A stretch of DNA of 64,000 bases, taken from positions 19,526,621 to 19,590,620 of the forward strand of contig NC_092661.1 of assembly GCF_032118995.1 (NCBI RefSeq), read 5' to 3'. The notes beneath the pieces were generated by a model that had not been told where the DNA came from, made no database searches, and saw nothing but the letters and a program-made list of their open reading frames with translations. The translations under genes and the position numbers were made by a program. Shown here piece by piece: positions 1 through 14,349 of this stretch; position 1 is the first letter of the stretch; the number at the start of each line of letters is the position of its first letter. This DNA is from Asterias amurensis. Its lineage: Eukaryota.

Positions 1-950
1 ATCCACCATATCTCAAAAAGGCTAACTGCAGCAGTGATGATGTCATGATTTATGATTCATGAAAGACAAGCATTGACATAAAATATAACATGGCTAAAAA
101 TAATCCGATTTCTGGAGCAACCTTGTCCAAGAATGGTCAAGGATTGGGGTCTGTACCATAGTAAATAATCCAGATCAGATACACAAACAAATGCGTCTCT
201 TTCATAACACGGCCGCTAATGGACCTCATAATGTATATCAAAAATTCATTAGAAGGCAATCTTTAATATTAAAGGTAAAATAAACTGACACGGTTAAAGT
301 AGATCGGAACGATGGCAAGTGGTGGATAATGGAGGTAAGAAGTGGTGCAAGCTTGCGGTTGTTATATTGAAGGACATTGGAATATTATTATTATTACATA
401 ACAGGTTTTTGCATGCAGATGGACTTTTTTTAAAATTCTGCATGCATATTGTTGTGTACATTATGTTCATATATGGTTTTGTTATGTAAATTCAGATTCA
501 ATTAACGGATATATACGAACCATTAGATTATAGAGAAACCTTCATCACAATTTAATTCCATAAAACACAACTTTCTTTTGTATATGGTTACGTTGTTTTA
601 TTACTTTAGCGGCTTGAAGCACCAAAAGCATATGAGGCTCATTCAAAGTATAATGCAACGATTATCAGGTGTCATCAGTACACCGTGGGGAAATAAAATA
701 CACCCGCATCTGTTTTCGCTATAAAAGAAAAAAAACACTTCGAGCTTGTTGACGGATGTGAAGGCGCAATTATAACCAACATAATGTTAAATACAACACA
801 ATATGATTACTAACTACACTATTTTGGTCACAAAGTAATTTTGTACATATGATATGTACGTGGTGCATGTAGAATGATCGATAGTTCTAGTTACATACAT
901 CTGACATTAATTAACTTCAGACGAATTTACCTGGAAAATGGAACACTTCT

Positions 951-1336
951 TAAAGACAGTGGACACTATTGGTAAATGTCAAAGACTAGCCTTCACAGTT
1001 GGTGTATCTCAACATATGCATAAAATAACAAACCTGTGAAAATTTGAGCTCAATTGGTCGTCGAATTTGCGAGATAATAATGAAAGAAAAAAACACCCTT
1101 GTCACACGAAGTTGTGTGCTTTCTGATGCTTGATTTCGAGACCTCAAATTCTAAACTTGAGGTCTCAAAATCAAATTTGTGGAAAATTACTTCTTTCTCG
1201 AAAACTACGTCACTTCAGAGGGAGCTGTTTCTCACAATGTTTTATACCATCTATCTCTCCCCATTACTTGTAATCAAGACAGATTTTATGATGATAAAAA
1301 TTTTGAGTAATAACCAATAGTGTCTACTGCCTTTAA
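951..1336 (+). mobile_element. 385-bp TTAA-flanked MITE (family M1), full copy
   Basis: TIR TTAAAG(A/G)CAGTGGACACTATTGGTAA...TTACCAATAGTGTC(T/C)ACTGCCTTTAA, with an internal perfect hairpin GATTTCGAGACCTCA...TGAGGTCTC(G/A)AAATC. Seven related copies lie in the window. Confidence 0.8.
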
Positions 1337-2304
1337 ACAACATTGGTTTCCTTGAATAATCCAAACTCACTACGTTAAATTATATCGGGTCGGGTTTGCA
1401 AAAAAGGAATAATTGGAAAACCTAATTTTAGACCATGGAAAGCTAATTATTCCTCTAATTACAACACCCAAACATCAACGTCATAGGAACCGCCCATTTT
1501 GGTATCTGCTTTATAGACAATGGACATAAAACTGCCTCGTACCCAGTTTATTGTCGTTAATTTTGCCGTACAATGGAACACAGAATGTATGAAGATTGTT
1601 TTCATCGGTTTTTGTTCTCAGTCGATACACGTCATTTAGCCAGCAATTTATTAATAACAAGTTGGCAATGCGACCACGGTTGTTTTGCTAGCGACTGTAG
1701 TTTGTTGATATTTGCACATGGTTTGGCCTCGTAGCCAGGCTGGTGGCTAAACAGTGACCTTATCGTTCACTTAACTGTGACCAGAATAACTGTTGTTACC
1801 AAATGACCGTAATAGGAATATTATTTTCATCAAACATTCACAATAGGTCGACAATTGTTCACATACAAAAAGTTCTGAATCAACTGTCATCGATTGTTGA
1901 TGTTGTCACATAGTGGAGCCTTGGTACGGTTACTATTGGTGACCTTACAGGGTACGCGACTGTGTCCAACAGACTATTTCTAAATGGCCCATCTTTTTGA
2001 TAGGCAGAGGGCATCTCTTTAGTTGTTTTGATATGCAGAATGCATACGTTTAATCAGTCTACTGTAATATACAAGGTTCGCCTATGATATAAATTAATGA
2101 GGCTTATTTGTAATGATGTATTGCAGGGTGGAAAAGGGAGAGGCTCCTTAGGGACAAAGCAACGCGACGAAGCGGCCATGACCACGTCAGACTACTTGAT
2201 ATCACTGCTGAGAGTTTGACGCAGTGAGGACGTGTTATCCTCATCAGCTTAGATCTACCGTGCATTGCCCACCGTCATACCGCTCAAGCAACAGCAGTGT
2301 CAAA

Positions 2305-2520
2305 ATGGCAACCTGTACCCTAAGAACAATGTTATTATCTCTCCTAATGATGATAATTGTCTTAACCCGAATGACTTCTGCACTAGTGGTGCCCTTGACT
2401 GTAAATGGAGAATGCCCAATCCACACTGTGCGAACTTTAGATGGAAACAATTGTATGTCATGTGCGTCTTGCTATTCGGACTACTCACCGCAGGATTGGC
2501 TTTGCATGAACTGCACACAA
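2305..2520 (+). CDS. candidate first exon of a secreted Cys-rich protein (unassigned)
   Basis: AAAATGG Kozak-like start. MATCTLRTMLLSLLMMIIVLTRMTSALVVP is a plausible signal peptide, followed by 8 Cys in 40 aa (CPIHTVRTLDGNNCMSCASCYSDYSPQDWLCMNCTQ) and the donor GTAAAT. No downstream exons found. Confidence 0.25.
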
Positions 2521-2585
2521 GGTAAATATTAGTTTCTAACAGTGTACGATATAATGTGTGTGACAGTTATTAATTTGCGTTTTTA

Positions 2586-2880
2586 CCCATACACCGATGT
2601 GTGTTAGCACTGTATACTCAGTACTTTCCCGAGTCCTGTGAAAAAATCTCACAGGTATGTTACTCGGGTGGGATTCGAACCCACGACCCTTGCAATTCTA
2701 GAGCAGTGTCTTACCTACTAGACTACCGAGGTTGCCCGGCAGCTAGAGGCAGTTCGAATCCTATGTTTTGGCAGCGGGTACTGCAACGATATAATAGATG
2801 TTAAATTTGCATCGGGGATAAAGAATATTAATTTTGGTTTTTACCCATACACCGATGTGTGTTAGCACTGTATACTGTGA
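2586..2880 (-). mobile_element. tRNA-derived SINE family S1, about 1.3 tandem/rearranged units
   Basis: tRNA-like core GGGTTCGAATCCCACCCGAGTA (T-arm) and D-arm-like GTCTAGTAGGTAAGAC on the - strand. Its tail repeat TTTTACCCATACACCGATGTGTGTTAGCACTGTATACT occurs at both ends. Confidence 0.65.
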
Positions 2881-5800
2881 TAGTTATTGTCATCTATATT
2901 ATAGTGAACAGTGTACATTACTAAGCATGCAACTTGAAGAATAAACCCTTTTATAAGCAAACCTTTTTGAATTGTATATACAATTAACCAACTTTGGTTT
3001 GAAACTATTTACAGTTAATTCTTTCTCCATAAATACTTATGAGTATATAGACTGATGTGTTACCAACTGGAGTAAGGTTTGCACCCATGAACAGTGGTAT
3101 GAACTTTCCACCATGAGTTCGTTTCATTCAGAGAGGGTATCCAAACAACTTATGTCTGCGGATTATAGTGCATCAGTTGCTGCCGTCAAAGCGTTTTGAC
3201 CATCCGTTAAGCAACAAAACCTTTGTTATCTCGATGTTAACTAGCAATGAAGACATTATAAACGGTTCTGTTGATTTAAGTTACTGTTTTAAGAACAATT
3301 AGCCATCGTATTAGGGGATAACTCGAGTTCACGGGATGGGTGAAGAAATTAACTTACAATTGTGATCACAGTTAGATGACAAATGGGTTGAAAATGGAAA
3401 CAGTCGTATTGACAAAAGACGCGTCTCAATACCCGTGCATTTATTCTGTTTATATAAAAGTTCACTAGCGGGTTTACTTTGATATCCATTAGAGCAGAAT
3501 CACCTCAGGCATCGGACTGTGATTAATACTATCACGAACTTGACTCTTCCTTAAACTGCTTTACACACTGTTAAATGACAAACGCTAAAAGGCGTGCGTG
3601 TCCAGATAAAAGGGGAATTAAAAGCCGATTTTTACATCTCATTGACGAAAACAGTAAAGCGATACAAGATAATGTCTTCAACCTGATCAAATTGTATTTT
3701 GTCTTTGTATCTATCTCTAGGCGCGGTGTTCGCACGATCGGCACTCTTTGCCTCGGGGGAACTTTGCTTAATTTCTAAACACGCCTTGAAATTTACCCGT
3801 CGCTGAATTCGTCAATTTCACAGTGCGTGTTGTATATACTTTGTCGCTGTCAAGTCGAGGTGAATCATGCATTTATTTTCTTCAAACAAGCGAATAGAAA
3901 AATACATTTTCAGGTTTTCCGTGTGACTATGTTTTCATCTTTATCTTTTCGTTTGGGTGATCTTCATCACCATGACGACGGCAATCTTCAACTTTATTTA
4001 TATTAAACTTGTCAAAATTTAACTCAATATGCATCTCAAACCGCATCGGTCAAATCCCATTAAGCCTTACACAATGGCGCTTTCATAATCCTTACTGGGA
4101 ATGAAAAAGAATATCAAGTTGTGTCTTTAGTGAGGTGGTTTTATATCTAACGAAAATAAACCAATTCAAACCGACTCAAAATATGGATTGTTATTACAAT
4201 GGATTTCATGAACAGGAAAGATTTATCCGCTCATGAGAAATATGAATGAAAACAATTTATTGTCTGCTTTATCTGCACATACTTCAGAAACCTGGCTTGT
4301 GTAATTTTATGATATCTCTGAAGTAAATTTCACAGGAAAATAGTCTGAGAACTTGGAATGATTCTATAATGTTGTAAACGTGAACATTATACGCTTAAGC
4401 TGAGTATTATGTGAAGCCGCTTCATAGCCACACTGATGTAACAAATTTAGCTCAAATCTAAATAAAAGGCGTGGGACTTGCCGTTATAGAAAACAAAGAA
4501 GATGTCTCTGAAGATGTCTCTGAATATGTCACTGAGTTACTCTGTGTAGGAGTAAAACTCAAGGCTAACCTGTGGTCATGATACCTCTTGCTGAGATAAA
4601 TCTTCACAACAAATATTGGAATTGTATGTCTTAAACCAGCATCGATTAATCGATCCTGTATCGTGAATCAATCATAGAATCAATCAGTAATGGATCAATA
4701 GTATCTGATGTGTAAACCAATCAGCATCATATGACAACACACCAATAAATAGGCCAAGGCTTTAATTATAAAAGTATCAATTATTAACAAATACAATTAA
4801 TTGCGTTTTTATGAATTATTAATGCTGCCATACCTACTTTTACAATTTATATTCCAAGCTACAGTAAATTACACATGCCTTTATCGTATACACAACATAA
4901 CAGTAATCGCGTAAAACAAAAAAATCAGCATAATTAATATTTTGATTGTATCAATACAACATGCACATGGCCCGATCCATTGCAGTATTGTTTAGCCTGC
5001 GGCATTCCATCACTCAATAACTCTCGTCATTGAAATCTCGTCTTGGGGGAAATTGGACAAACAATGAGCATGGTGAGATTTCGTTTGATTAGTCGAGCGA
5101 TATGCGAACTTGGTATCATAACATGGCGCGCACAAACTCTGTTTTAATTTGCACAGAAACCATATTGTATGTATGGTGACACGTCTGTTCTGACCTATTA
5201 TAACTCGGCTAGATCTATTTACATGAAACTGTTTTTGTTATAACACACGTTTTAACAAAACCTCTGATGAAACATGTTGGAGCATGTTTGCTGAAGGTTG
5301 ATTTATTGCGGTATAATTTATGAACCAAAACAGAACGCGAAATTGAAGAAATGCAAATTAACTCATTTATATTGCCGCAACTGCTGCCTGTATTGTCACT
5401 TATGCATCGTGGCGTGCATGCCAAACGTCATATTATTGTGTAAATAGATAAAAGGCCAATTTACTACCGTGAGTATAACGTTGTATTCGGACGAAGTTTA
5501 TATTCTAACATAATTTAATATCAGGCGAGATAATTTATAAACTATTTGACTCTCATTTGGATACTTCTTATTATAGCCCTCATCCATCGTGGCTGTGAGC
5601 CATTTAATGTCTTGGGATATCAAAGATGATTAACCTTTCGAAGAATTGTATTTTTAATGAATAAGTGTACCATGGGAAATACATGGTCTCCTCTCACGTT
5701 AATGAGAAGATTATTAAAGGCTGCTTGCGCTGCTTTTAAAAAACAAGGGCAACGTCAACATTTGTTTCTTTATATAAATTAGTATGTCATAACAGTATAC

Positions 5801-8715
5801 CAATAGGAGTGAATCTTCATTCTTCCTAAAAGCTCACTTGAAATCTACGTGTTAAACAGGAACAACTTCACCCAAACCCTTTTTAAGCATATAGAATGAT
5901 TAGTTGGATTTTGATTGGTATCAAGTTTTGCTTATCCCTAGATGTTTTAGTTGCTGTGTTTTTGACGTAGACATGCCTTGTTGAAAATTGACATTATATA
6001 TTTTCTACGTATGTATATACTTCTGCCCTGCATGCATGAAGCATGCACACACGTCTTGACTATTTTTGACATGAGTTGTTATGAAAGCACGGTCAGCGCT
6101 GGATTTAATCCCAATTCACGCTATTGCATATGACCCTTTCGCAGCTATAACTATACCGTGGCCCAGACCTGATTCCAACGCTAATTTTATTATCATCTTT
6201 GATTCGGAATCTATCACAGTTGCCCAAGGTTATTATTATTTTCATTTTGACTCCTTTTTTTGCCTAGCGCGCCCCGTCCATCATCGCTTCATGTTCACTG
6301 TTCACCTTATTTTCCCCACCGCTCTGCCTAATTCTTTGAGAATGCCATTTATAACAACCTCCCCTCCAGTCGCCCTTAAAGGAACACAATGTGTTTGTTT
6401 GATTCATGGTAACTTCACAGAAAGGTCATTACTTTAAAAAGAAGAAATTGTACTGGCGCCTTGTTTAGTTTAATTTGTTGTAAGAAATGGCATCATGCCT
6501 TTTCAATTAACCTGTTGTTATATAGATCCTGAATAATATAAACAACGAATGCTCGCTGCAGTAAACAGTGTGCGCCATATGCGTTTAAATGTCTCATGCT
6601 GATAATCTCAAATTATGGATACCGATTTATGTTCACAGATTGGGTATAACAGAGTTTTGTTTCACCTTTTTCTGTTCTATAATCCAGTGGGTTGTCAAAC
6701 AAGTCCTGTAAGAGATCCTCAATAGACCAGGTAACCTTTTAGCAGCTTGGAAGTATAAGATAAGACACTTGAGTAACACTCAAGTCTCAGCCAGACGCAA
6801 CTCTTCATTGGCGGTTAATATTGCTAGCGAATTTACCTTGAAGGGCAGAGGGTTTAGACGGCCGCCTCAAGCCTGATGGCAATTTCAAGGTTCAAATGTG
6901 AAATCACTTGATGATGTGCAAGGAGTTTGACAGGCGAGATTATTAACAATCGGTCACTGTTGTCATTGGGAGATAGCTAGTTTTTCCACTTCAGGGATAT
7001 TTCTGATTTTCAACTAGCAATATTATGTAGGCTATATGCATAGCATAAGCAATGTATGAAAGTGTCTTTATTGTAAGTGATCATGACGTTGATTTTGATT
7101 TTAGAAAGCACTACAAACAAATAAACGCAAGGTGAATGCGCAAGCGTGGTTTTGATTTATAAGCGTTATAATTTCCCACAGGATTTAACAGATAAAAAAC
7201 TACCATTTCATAATCCAGCACCTAGCATGCCATGAGGTAATAATGCCATCTTTTAGAGGCTCCGTCCATGATTATAGCCAGCTTAGCCCAAATGCCAAAG
7301 CTGGGTTTTAAAGAAGTTCGTCGTCTTCTTTGAAATTGATCTTCATCCTGTCTGTTTCGTCTCTCATATTAAAAACATATCTTATCTTTCAGCGGCAAGG
7401 GTATCAGAACCTGTTACCGCGCGGATGAGGTCCCTCTTCTTTGAAAACACTCATGGCAAGACTGTAACTCAACACTCAAGCAACATTAAAACCCTGTCTC
7501 TCGTAGAGCTTCTTCATGTTTCACGGCTTAAGGGACCCAAACTCTCTCCCTGTCTTCAAAATGAAAGCTTTTGGCTCTAGTATTATAGAGACTATTAGTT
7601 TCAGCTCTCAGGAAACGAAGTGAGACTTCGGCTTTAATTTCCTGGGCAGGGGACACTCTCTACTGTAGTTGTGGTAATGACACAACCGCTGGGCAATATT
7701 AACACTGGGGCCAGAAATAACCGGTTATTACATCGCACGGTTCATAAATTATTGTAGAGAAAGTCATCGCTGAAGTGTGAGTCGGTCCAAGTGAAAGAGA
7801 TCTACAAATATAGTGTTTTTCTTTAAGTAAACTAAAGGACGCTGTTTTTTTGGCCTTCCGAAACAACTATTTCCATTCGGGTATATTAAATTCGAATAAT
7901 GTAATTTCATGATATAGGTCAACAGGTTGCTTTACTGTAAAGATCGCGACAATTCCAGTTACGTTATTTAATATATTGAATATCCATCACTGTGAACTCA
8001 TAGTGTTAAATTTCCCCTTTATCTGATGGTTGCAGAACTAATATTAAATATTGTTTGGCTGGAAGGTTAGATTAACAAAACAGTTATTGTGTAAAAACAG
8101 AAACTGTTTGGTAACTATTTGTATCCATTATTAAAACATGATCATCTCATAAAAGATGAGCATGGGTTCGTGTAAGTCTCACAGACGTCACCAAACATTA
8201 ATATTGATGTGTTTTCTTGTAGACGCAAGATCAGTGAGCAAAGAGTGATGGGGGAAAACATATAGTGATTCCCCCTCCCTCCCCCTTCTTCCTACTACAT
8301 CACCCGAGAGTCAATAACATACTAATGTTACAGTCTATATGGACACATATTGGTGGTATCACATTTAGTGCTATGGTTAGAATTTGAGTTGTATTATTAT
8401 GTACGAGGCAAGCGTTTGGATATTGGATATTGAGCTCCGGGGAAAGCCATTGATATTACCCATATAGCAAGGTTTGACGTCTTTATGGCGTGAGGGCAAG
8501 GGCAAAGAAGAACCATTGGCTCAAATTAAATTACAACCAAAGATATGATTAACATTACGACCTGTTCACTCAAAGGGCACGAAGTACTTGTATTTTCTAT
8601 ACAGTCACAATTGTTTCTCAGCCAGATGTTTAAATCAAAATCATAGTTTAAATCAATTTGGTTGGTTGACTTCAATCAATAACAGCCAATGATATGTACG
8701 CCGGTTATGATATCC

Positions 8716-9104
8716 TTAAAGGAACACGTTGCCTTGGATCGGACGAGTTGGTCAAAACAAAAGCGTTTGTAACCGTTTTTTATAAAATGCAAATGGTTGG
8801 AAAGATGTTTTAAAAGTAGAATACAATGATCCACACAAGTTGCCTCGAAATTGCGTGGTTTTCCTTCTACTAAGCGAACTAACATGGTCGGCCATTTATG
8901 GGAGTCAAAATTTTGACCCCCATTAATGGCCGACGTGTTAGTTGACAAGTTAAAAGGAAAACCACGCAATTTCGAGGCATGTTTGTGTGGATCATTGTAT
9001 TCTACTTTTACAACATCTTTCTACCCATATGCATTTTATAAAAAACGGTTACAAACGCTTTTCAAAGACCAACTCGACCGATCCAAGGCAACGTGTTCCT
9101 TTAA
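8716..9104. mobile_element. foldback MITE family A: ~390-bp near-perfect palindrome
   Basis: Arms of about 190 bp are reverse complements of each other (TTAAAGGAACACGTTGCCTTGGATCGG...CCGATCCAAGGCAACGTGTTCCTTTAA), with centre near 8908. Confidence 0.8.
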
Positions 9105-12100
9105 ATATATACTGCACACGTGATTCAGATGCAGTTATTGGGACCTCCCCCTTGCTATGTTAATCGATCAGAAAGCAAATATGATTATGCAGTGTTTTAC
9201 ACCATTGAAAGGTCAACAATATACTTTTAAGGAAAGGGGAAATATGGCCACAGTGAATCGATTGAACTTGAATAGTGTTGGTTTAAGGCGTACGTACAAG
9301 TATACGTGCCCAGCAGTGGGTTGATATTACACGCAGAGATACAATGACATAGTGACTTGAAATGACGGTCTTCTGCCATGGTTCATCTGGTATCTCCTTT
9401 AAAGTCCACTGAAAGTACACTTAAACTAATAGACGCACAGGGGAATCTTAAGATAACATGTCCACTATCACTGATGAGACTAAATCTGGGCCTGCGATGA
9501 GGCAAAAAAGGTCGCTGTTCATTCCACGCCATTGCTTTGCTACAGTATCGTACCAATTGCTCGCTTCATTTGCTGCACCAGGCAGGGCGAATGCTTACAG
9601 CCATGTGCAAGATAAAGGAGTCAGATTGGGGCTGGTTCAACCACAAGTTCAATCATATGGGAATACTCAAATGTAAACTGTTTTGACTCTCATGCATGTG
9701 CTCTTTTTAATGAATGGCCTATTTGCTATTCCACTTTCCTATACTTATTCATGATTTTCATGCTAGCTTTTATTTTTAATGCATAGCTGATTGTTTATGC
9801 CTAGTGAACACATTCATTAGATATCGATTTCAAACAGAGAAATTTATCTTTGGAGGCGAAGCGGTATATTTCGGCCCACCCCCTCTGCCCGTAAACACGT
9901 GCATATGATAAAAGGGTACAAGTACTCTTCATGTCATATTACGTTCGTCATCCTTGAAACGGAATTACCGTACTTCTCTATCAAAAGTACATGTGAGCTT
10001 TTAGTAAAAGCAAAACAGGCACTTATGCAGAGTGGGAAATGTTGAGCTGCAGATCGAAGACTAGTCGTGCGTACCAGTTCAATGGGAAGGGACTCATCTA
10101 GTATCACAGACATTGGGAAAACATCTCCCGCTGAAGAAGAATTTTTTTTTTTAAATCCGGGAACTTGATCGTGTCCATGTCCTTATCTTTAAACTTTGAC
10201 ATGAGTTCCACTCCTTTATGCTCTCAATATATAAAATGAGCTCAGCTGTCGGCACCATGCGCGCCTGCGCGTTTTTTAAAGTCTGGAAGTACAGTGACTG
10301 AACATTTAACAATCGATGAAGCAAGACTCTAATAGTTGTCCCTGAACGCTCTAAACCCCGTCAGCTATCTGTGTAATAGTAGGAAGAAAAGTGCATCAGC
10401 ACACCTACCCTTGATAATGGTGATGTGTAAATCCCCTGTTATTGGAGTGTGGCCTTCACTTCAGCCGCTGCAATTGTTTCATTGTCTTCCTTGACGCCAC
10501 TGATGCACTTATCTAAATGAAAAATGGCAACATTTTAATAATGAGCTGCCATTTTTCTTTTATGAGAATATTAGATCTAGACACAGGGTGATGACGCACA
10601 ACCCGTCGGTATTTCGAAATGACAATGCTAATGAAAGAAAACCAATCTACGCATGGGGTAATAATTGTGTTACCGGCCATAGACAAAATCTCAATTCAAA
10701 TGGTGAACAGGATTTAAAAATTTACATTTGCGGGAGTCAAATGGTGAAAGTCCTTCTATACATAGCTCATCCATCAAACATAAAGTTTTCACCGATTATC
10801 AATCCATGTAGGCCGTTTGTATTAATAGCAGGGTTCGTGGGAGCAGAGATAACATCGGAGATGTTACTTGGGGTATCTCATTTTCAGAATCATTAAAATA
10901 TACACGTGTACATCTACATATTGGACAGTTTAATCTTTAAGGTAACTGAAACCGTGGATCAATATTTTGTCATGCCTTGCTCATTGGCCTATATAATTGG
11001 CATGCTACTGCGCTGCTTTTACGAAGATAAAATACCCACAGAATTATGCATCGCTCATGTACAACTGATCTTTGAAAATGTCCCTATGCATGTCCGCTTT
11101 CCCCCAACAACAAGACACGAGTTAATGTGTAATTTCTCAGAGGAATAAAATCTGAGCGAATCACAAATAGCTGTTGACATAAATTTGCTGTTTTCTTTGA
11201 GCGTAGGCGCTTTCAATGAAAGGAACATTGGTTACCCACTTCAGCGTCTTTCGAGCGAGGCGGCATGCTGTCCAGGCTCACCACCGTTCGGCACACAGCA
11301 ATTCGTTTTGAAAGCCGTAACGACTATAGAATTTTCCTTAGTGCAACGTTAGTTGACGATGGTTAATAAAATTAAACAATAAAAGTATGGCAAATCTTTT
11401 AAGTGCAGACCAACTTAACGACTGTTTTTCATATGAGTAATTACTTACAGGAGGCGTTGGACTTTCCTGCACAATTAATTTTCTTTGATGGTTTTTAATG
11501 GGAAATTATTGCAGCATTGTGTTTTGAGATGTTTGTACGCGTGCCCTCCTAATGATACAGTCCATTATTGCTATTGCGAACTTAACAAACAACTGGGGCA
11601 TTTTTCGTATTCATTAAAACATTTATGTCCTATGTTTCACAACAGTATTACAATGAATGACACACACGTTTAAGGCAGCAAAATGTCATGTATGAAAATG
11701 CTTTCCACAAAATAAATCCATTAGTGTTTTTGTTAAGCTTACATGTGGCGGACACAATCATTTCAATGCTGTCTCGTTGCTTAAAGTAAATGCCTAAAGT
11801 AATCCGCTCATTAAGTATACAGAAATTTACTATTTTTATGCTTAAAATAAAACAAGGGCAGACAACGACGGTGTTTTAAGCTACTGATTTATCGAAAGTG
11901 ATAGTCAGTAATCATGAAAGATTTGCCGACGGTACATTCCATTACTACGTCTCAACAAATAAATCATGATTTTTATCACCCATTTACCCACTAAATAGAA
12001 TGAGTGAAAACTGCAGAGATGTACATCGTGGATCTCATATAAGAAGAAACCCAAATGATAGCAGATGCAAACCGTCGCAAATTACTGCTGGGACATCCAG

Positions 12101-12452
12101 GACAATCTTTTAATCTTTCTTATACCCGATGATTGCAATTGATGCCTGGGTCTTAATGTTTAGGAGACCACAGATCAAAGGCCCACTTACTTTTCAAATA
12201 TTCCTCCAGGGAAAGAACAGCTATAGCCCCAATAAAGAAGACCCATTGCATCATTGATAATGTTGGCCAAAACAAGTCTGTACTGTATGCGTGCTTCCTC
12301 TATTAAAAGGCACTGTAAATCAAATAGACCATTGATGACTAATTATAACAATTGAATTCACGTCCAAAAAAAACAAGCAAATTCTTTTTAACATGTTATT
12401 GAATAATGCAATTATTAGCCTTGCATCTTTTTGACACTGTGTGTTGAGAAAG

Positions 12453-12588
12453 TTGTTTAATTTATGTGTTACTTCATTTCCTTGTGTTGCCAATGAAACA
12501 TAACAACCTTTCATTCTTTTTATTGTTTAATTTATTTGTTACTTCATTTCCTTGTGTTGCCAATGAAACATAACAACCTTTCATTCTT
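12453..12588. repeat. tandem duplication, 2 x ~71 bp
   Basis: GTTTAATTTATGTGTTACTTCATTTCCTTGTGTTGCCAATGAAACATAACAACCTTTCATTCTTTTTATT repeated head to tail. Confidence 0.8.
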
Positions 12589-14349
12589 TTTATTAACCAA
12601 AAACTAAAACTGGTTGATCATATTTCGGTTTTTTTGTTGCCAAGATAAAAGGTTTAAATTTATTGGCGTGTATACCTTAATTATTCTGAATTTGGCTCCG
12701 ATTAAACACTTTGAATATTGGCCTTGCACAACTGTCCACGTTTACCCACGTCCATATTTATGATCACGTATTTTCAACTCGTTGTTGAAGTAAAAACACA
12801 AAAACAAAATCCTGAAATCTTATAAGTGCATGTTGATGTGAGCGCAGGTGTATGCTAAGTTGTATCGCCCATGGAGTGCCATAACTGATGTATTATTGAT
12901 ACGTTTTGCCTGCGATTCACACAATACATGGTGTGAATACCTGTAAGGTGTCAGTCTAAGGAGATTAAAATATGCATCTTGTCAGGCTTACTAGCAAAGG
13001 ACCATCAAGTTCTTGACCATTTGAAACAAGTTAATCTTGGATGGCGTGAAATGGTTTTCAAATGTAGGGTTATTGCAGTACGCGTACAACAATATCATGT
13101 ACTTCTTGGATTTAAATGACCAGAATATCAAACTTTCCAACGTGACTCTTATGTTGCACAGCGCCACTGACACCAATATCATTCTTTGCACAGTCTGTAA
13201 ATATTGATACATTTTCAAAGGTTGTGTTTTTGGTAGCTATAGTTTATTTAGCCTAAATTGTACATGGACAATATATATCGAGGACGAGAACGAGCCAGGC
13301 GGTCTTATATGCCACATCATCATTGCAGATTGTGTGCATGCACACTGCGAACAACTGCAGATGACATCTGTTCAACGCTAAATTCATTTTGCATCACCCA
13401 GACATAAGCCAATATTACAAAGCATAATTATGTTTTTATTAATTAGCCATAAAAGGGCCGTCTATTAGTCTCCTACAAGTCGTTTAGCTGTGAACCGCCT
13501 GTTTGAAATGCACGCATCGATGCGTAGTCTCCGAATCATTCATTACCTGAGTGATTTGTGTCCCCATCAGAAAACCTACCAGGAAGCCAATTGTACAGTA
13601 ATTGCGCCTTAATCAAATTGACTTCATTTTGGTACCGTGTGACAACTTAATGCGTGCCCGTCTGACAACTGCCGATCATGTAGAACGTCATGCGTAAATG
13701 AGAATACAGTGGACTATAGAGAGGCACGATACATCATTAGAATAACGCAGCCAAAATTGTTGGACACATCAGGAACATCAATTTGTTTGGGGAAAAAATA
13801 GAAGAAGTGAAGATGAGGTTGTTTACTCTTTGCACAATGACCCAAATAATAATGACCGCGTCTGGATATTATTATTACTGCATTGTTCTATATTCTGAAG
13901 GCGCTTGGTCAGAGAAACAAAATAATGTAATATTGATATAGTACAATGACCAGTCGATGGACAATTTAATAAAAACACATAAATTATGTTTTGACCATGG
14001 CGAGGGGAATGAGCAGTATGTTGATGCTCACTATAGGGAATGTAATTGTATTATTTTATTTATACCAATAATTTAAGTTTTCCAATCTTATCAACGCCAC
14101 GGGAAATGTTTTGTTCTACCTGCCCCTCCCAAGTTTGACAGATGAAACCAACAGAGGGCAGTATGATGACCTATTAAAAATTCTAACCGCAAGTTTAGTA
14201 ATAAAACCAAAACCAGGCATTAATTTTTAACAATAAAGTAGGCATACGTTGGTACTGTTTTTTCCAGCAGTACAGCCTCTTTACTTTAAATTCATACGGG
14301 ATACGTTCTTGCTTTAAATTATATCAAATTCCCACGGCTATTGTTTATT

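Noticed and set aside
1099-1320. ORFs inside M1 MITE copies (1099-1320, 45669-45905, 57376-57585, 59750-59947) with near-identical peptides (…HEVVCF.MLDFETSNSKLEVSKSN…).
   Set aside because: They recur because the MITE recurs. Their frame is not conserved between copies, and they sit inside TIR-bounded non-autonomous elements. They are repeat-encoded noise, not genes.
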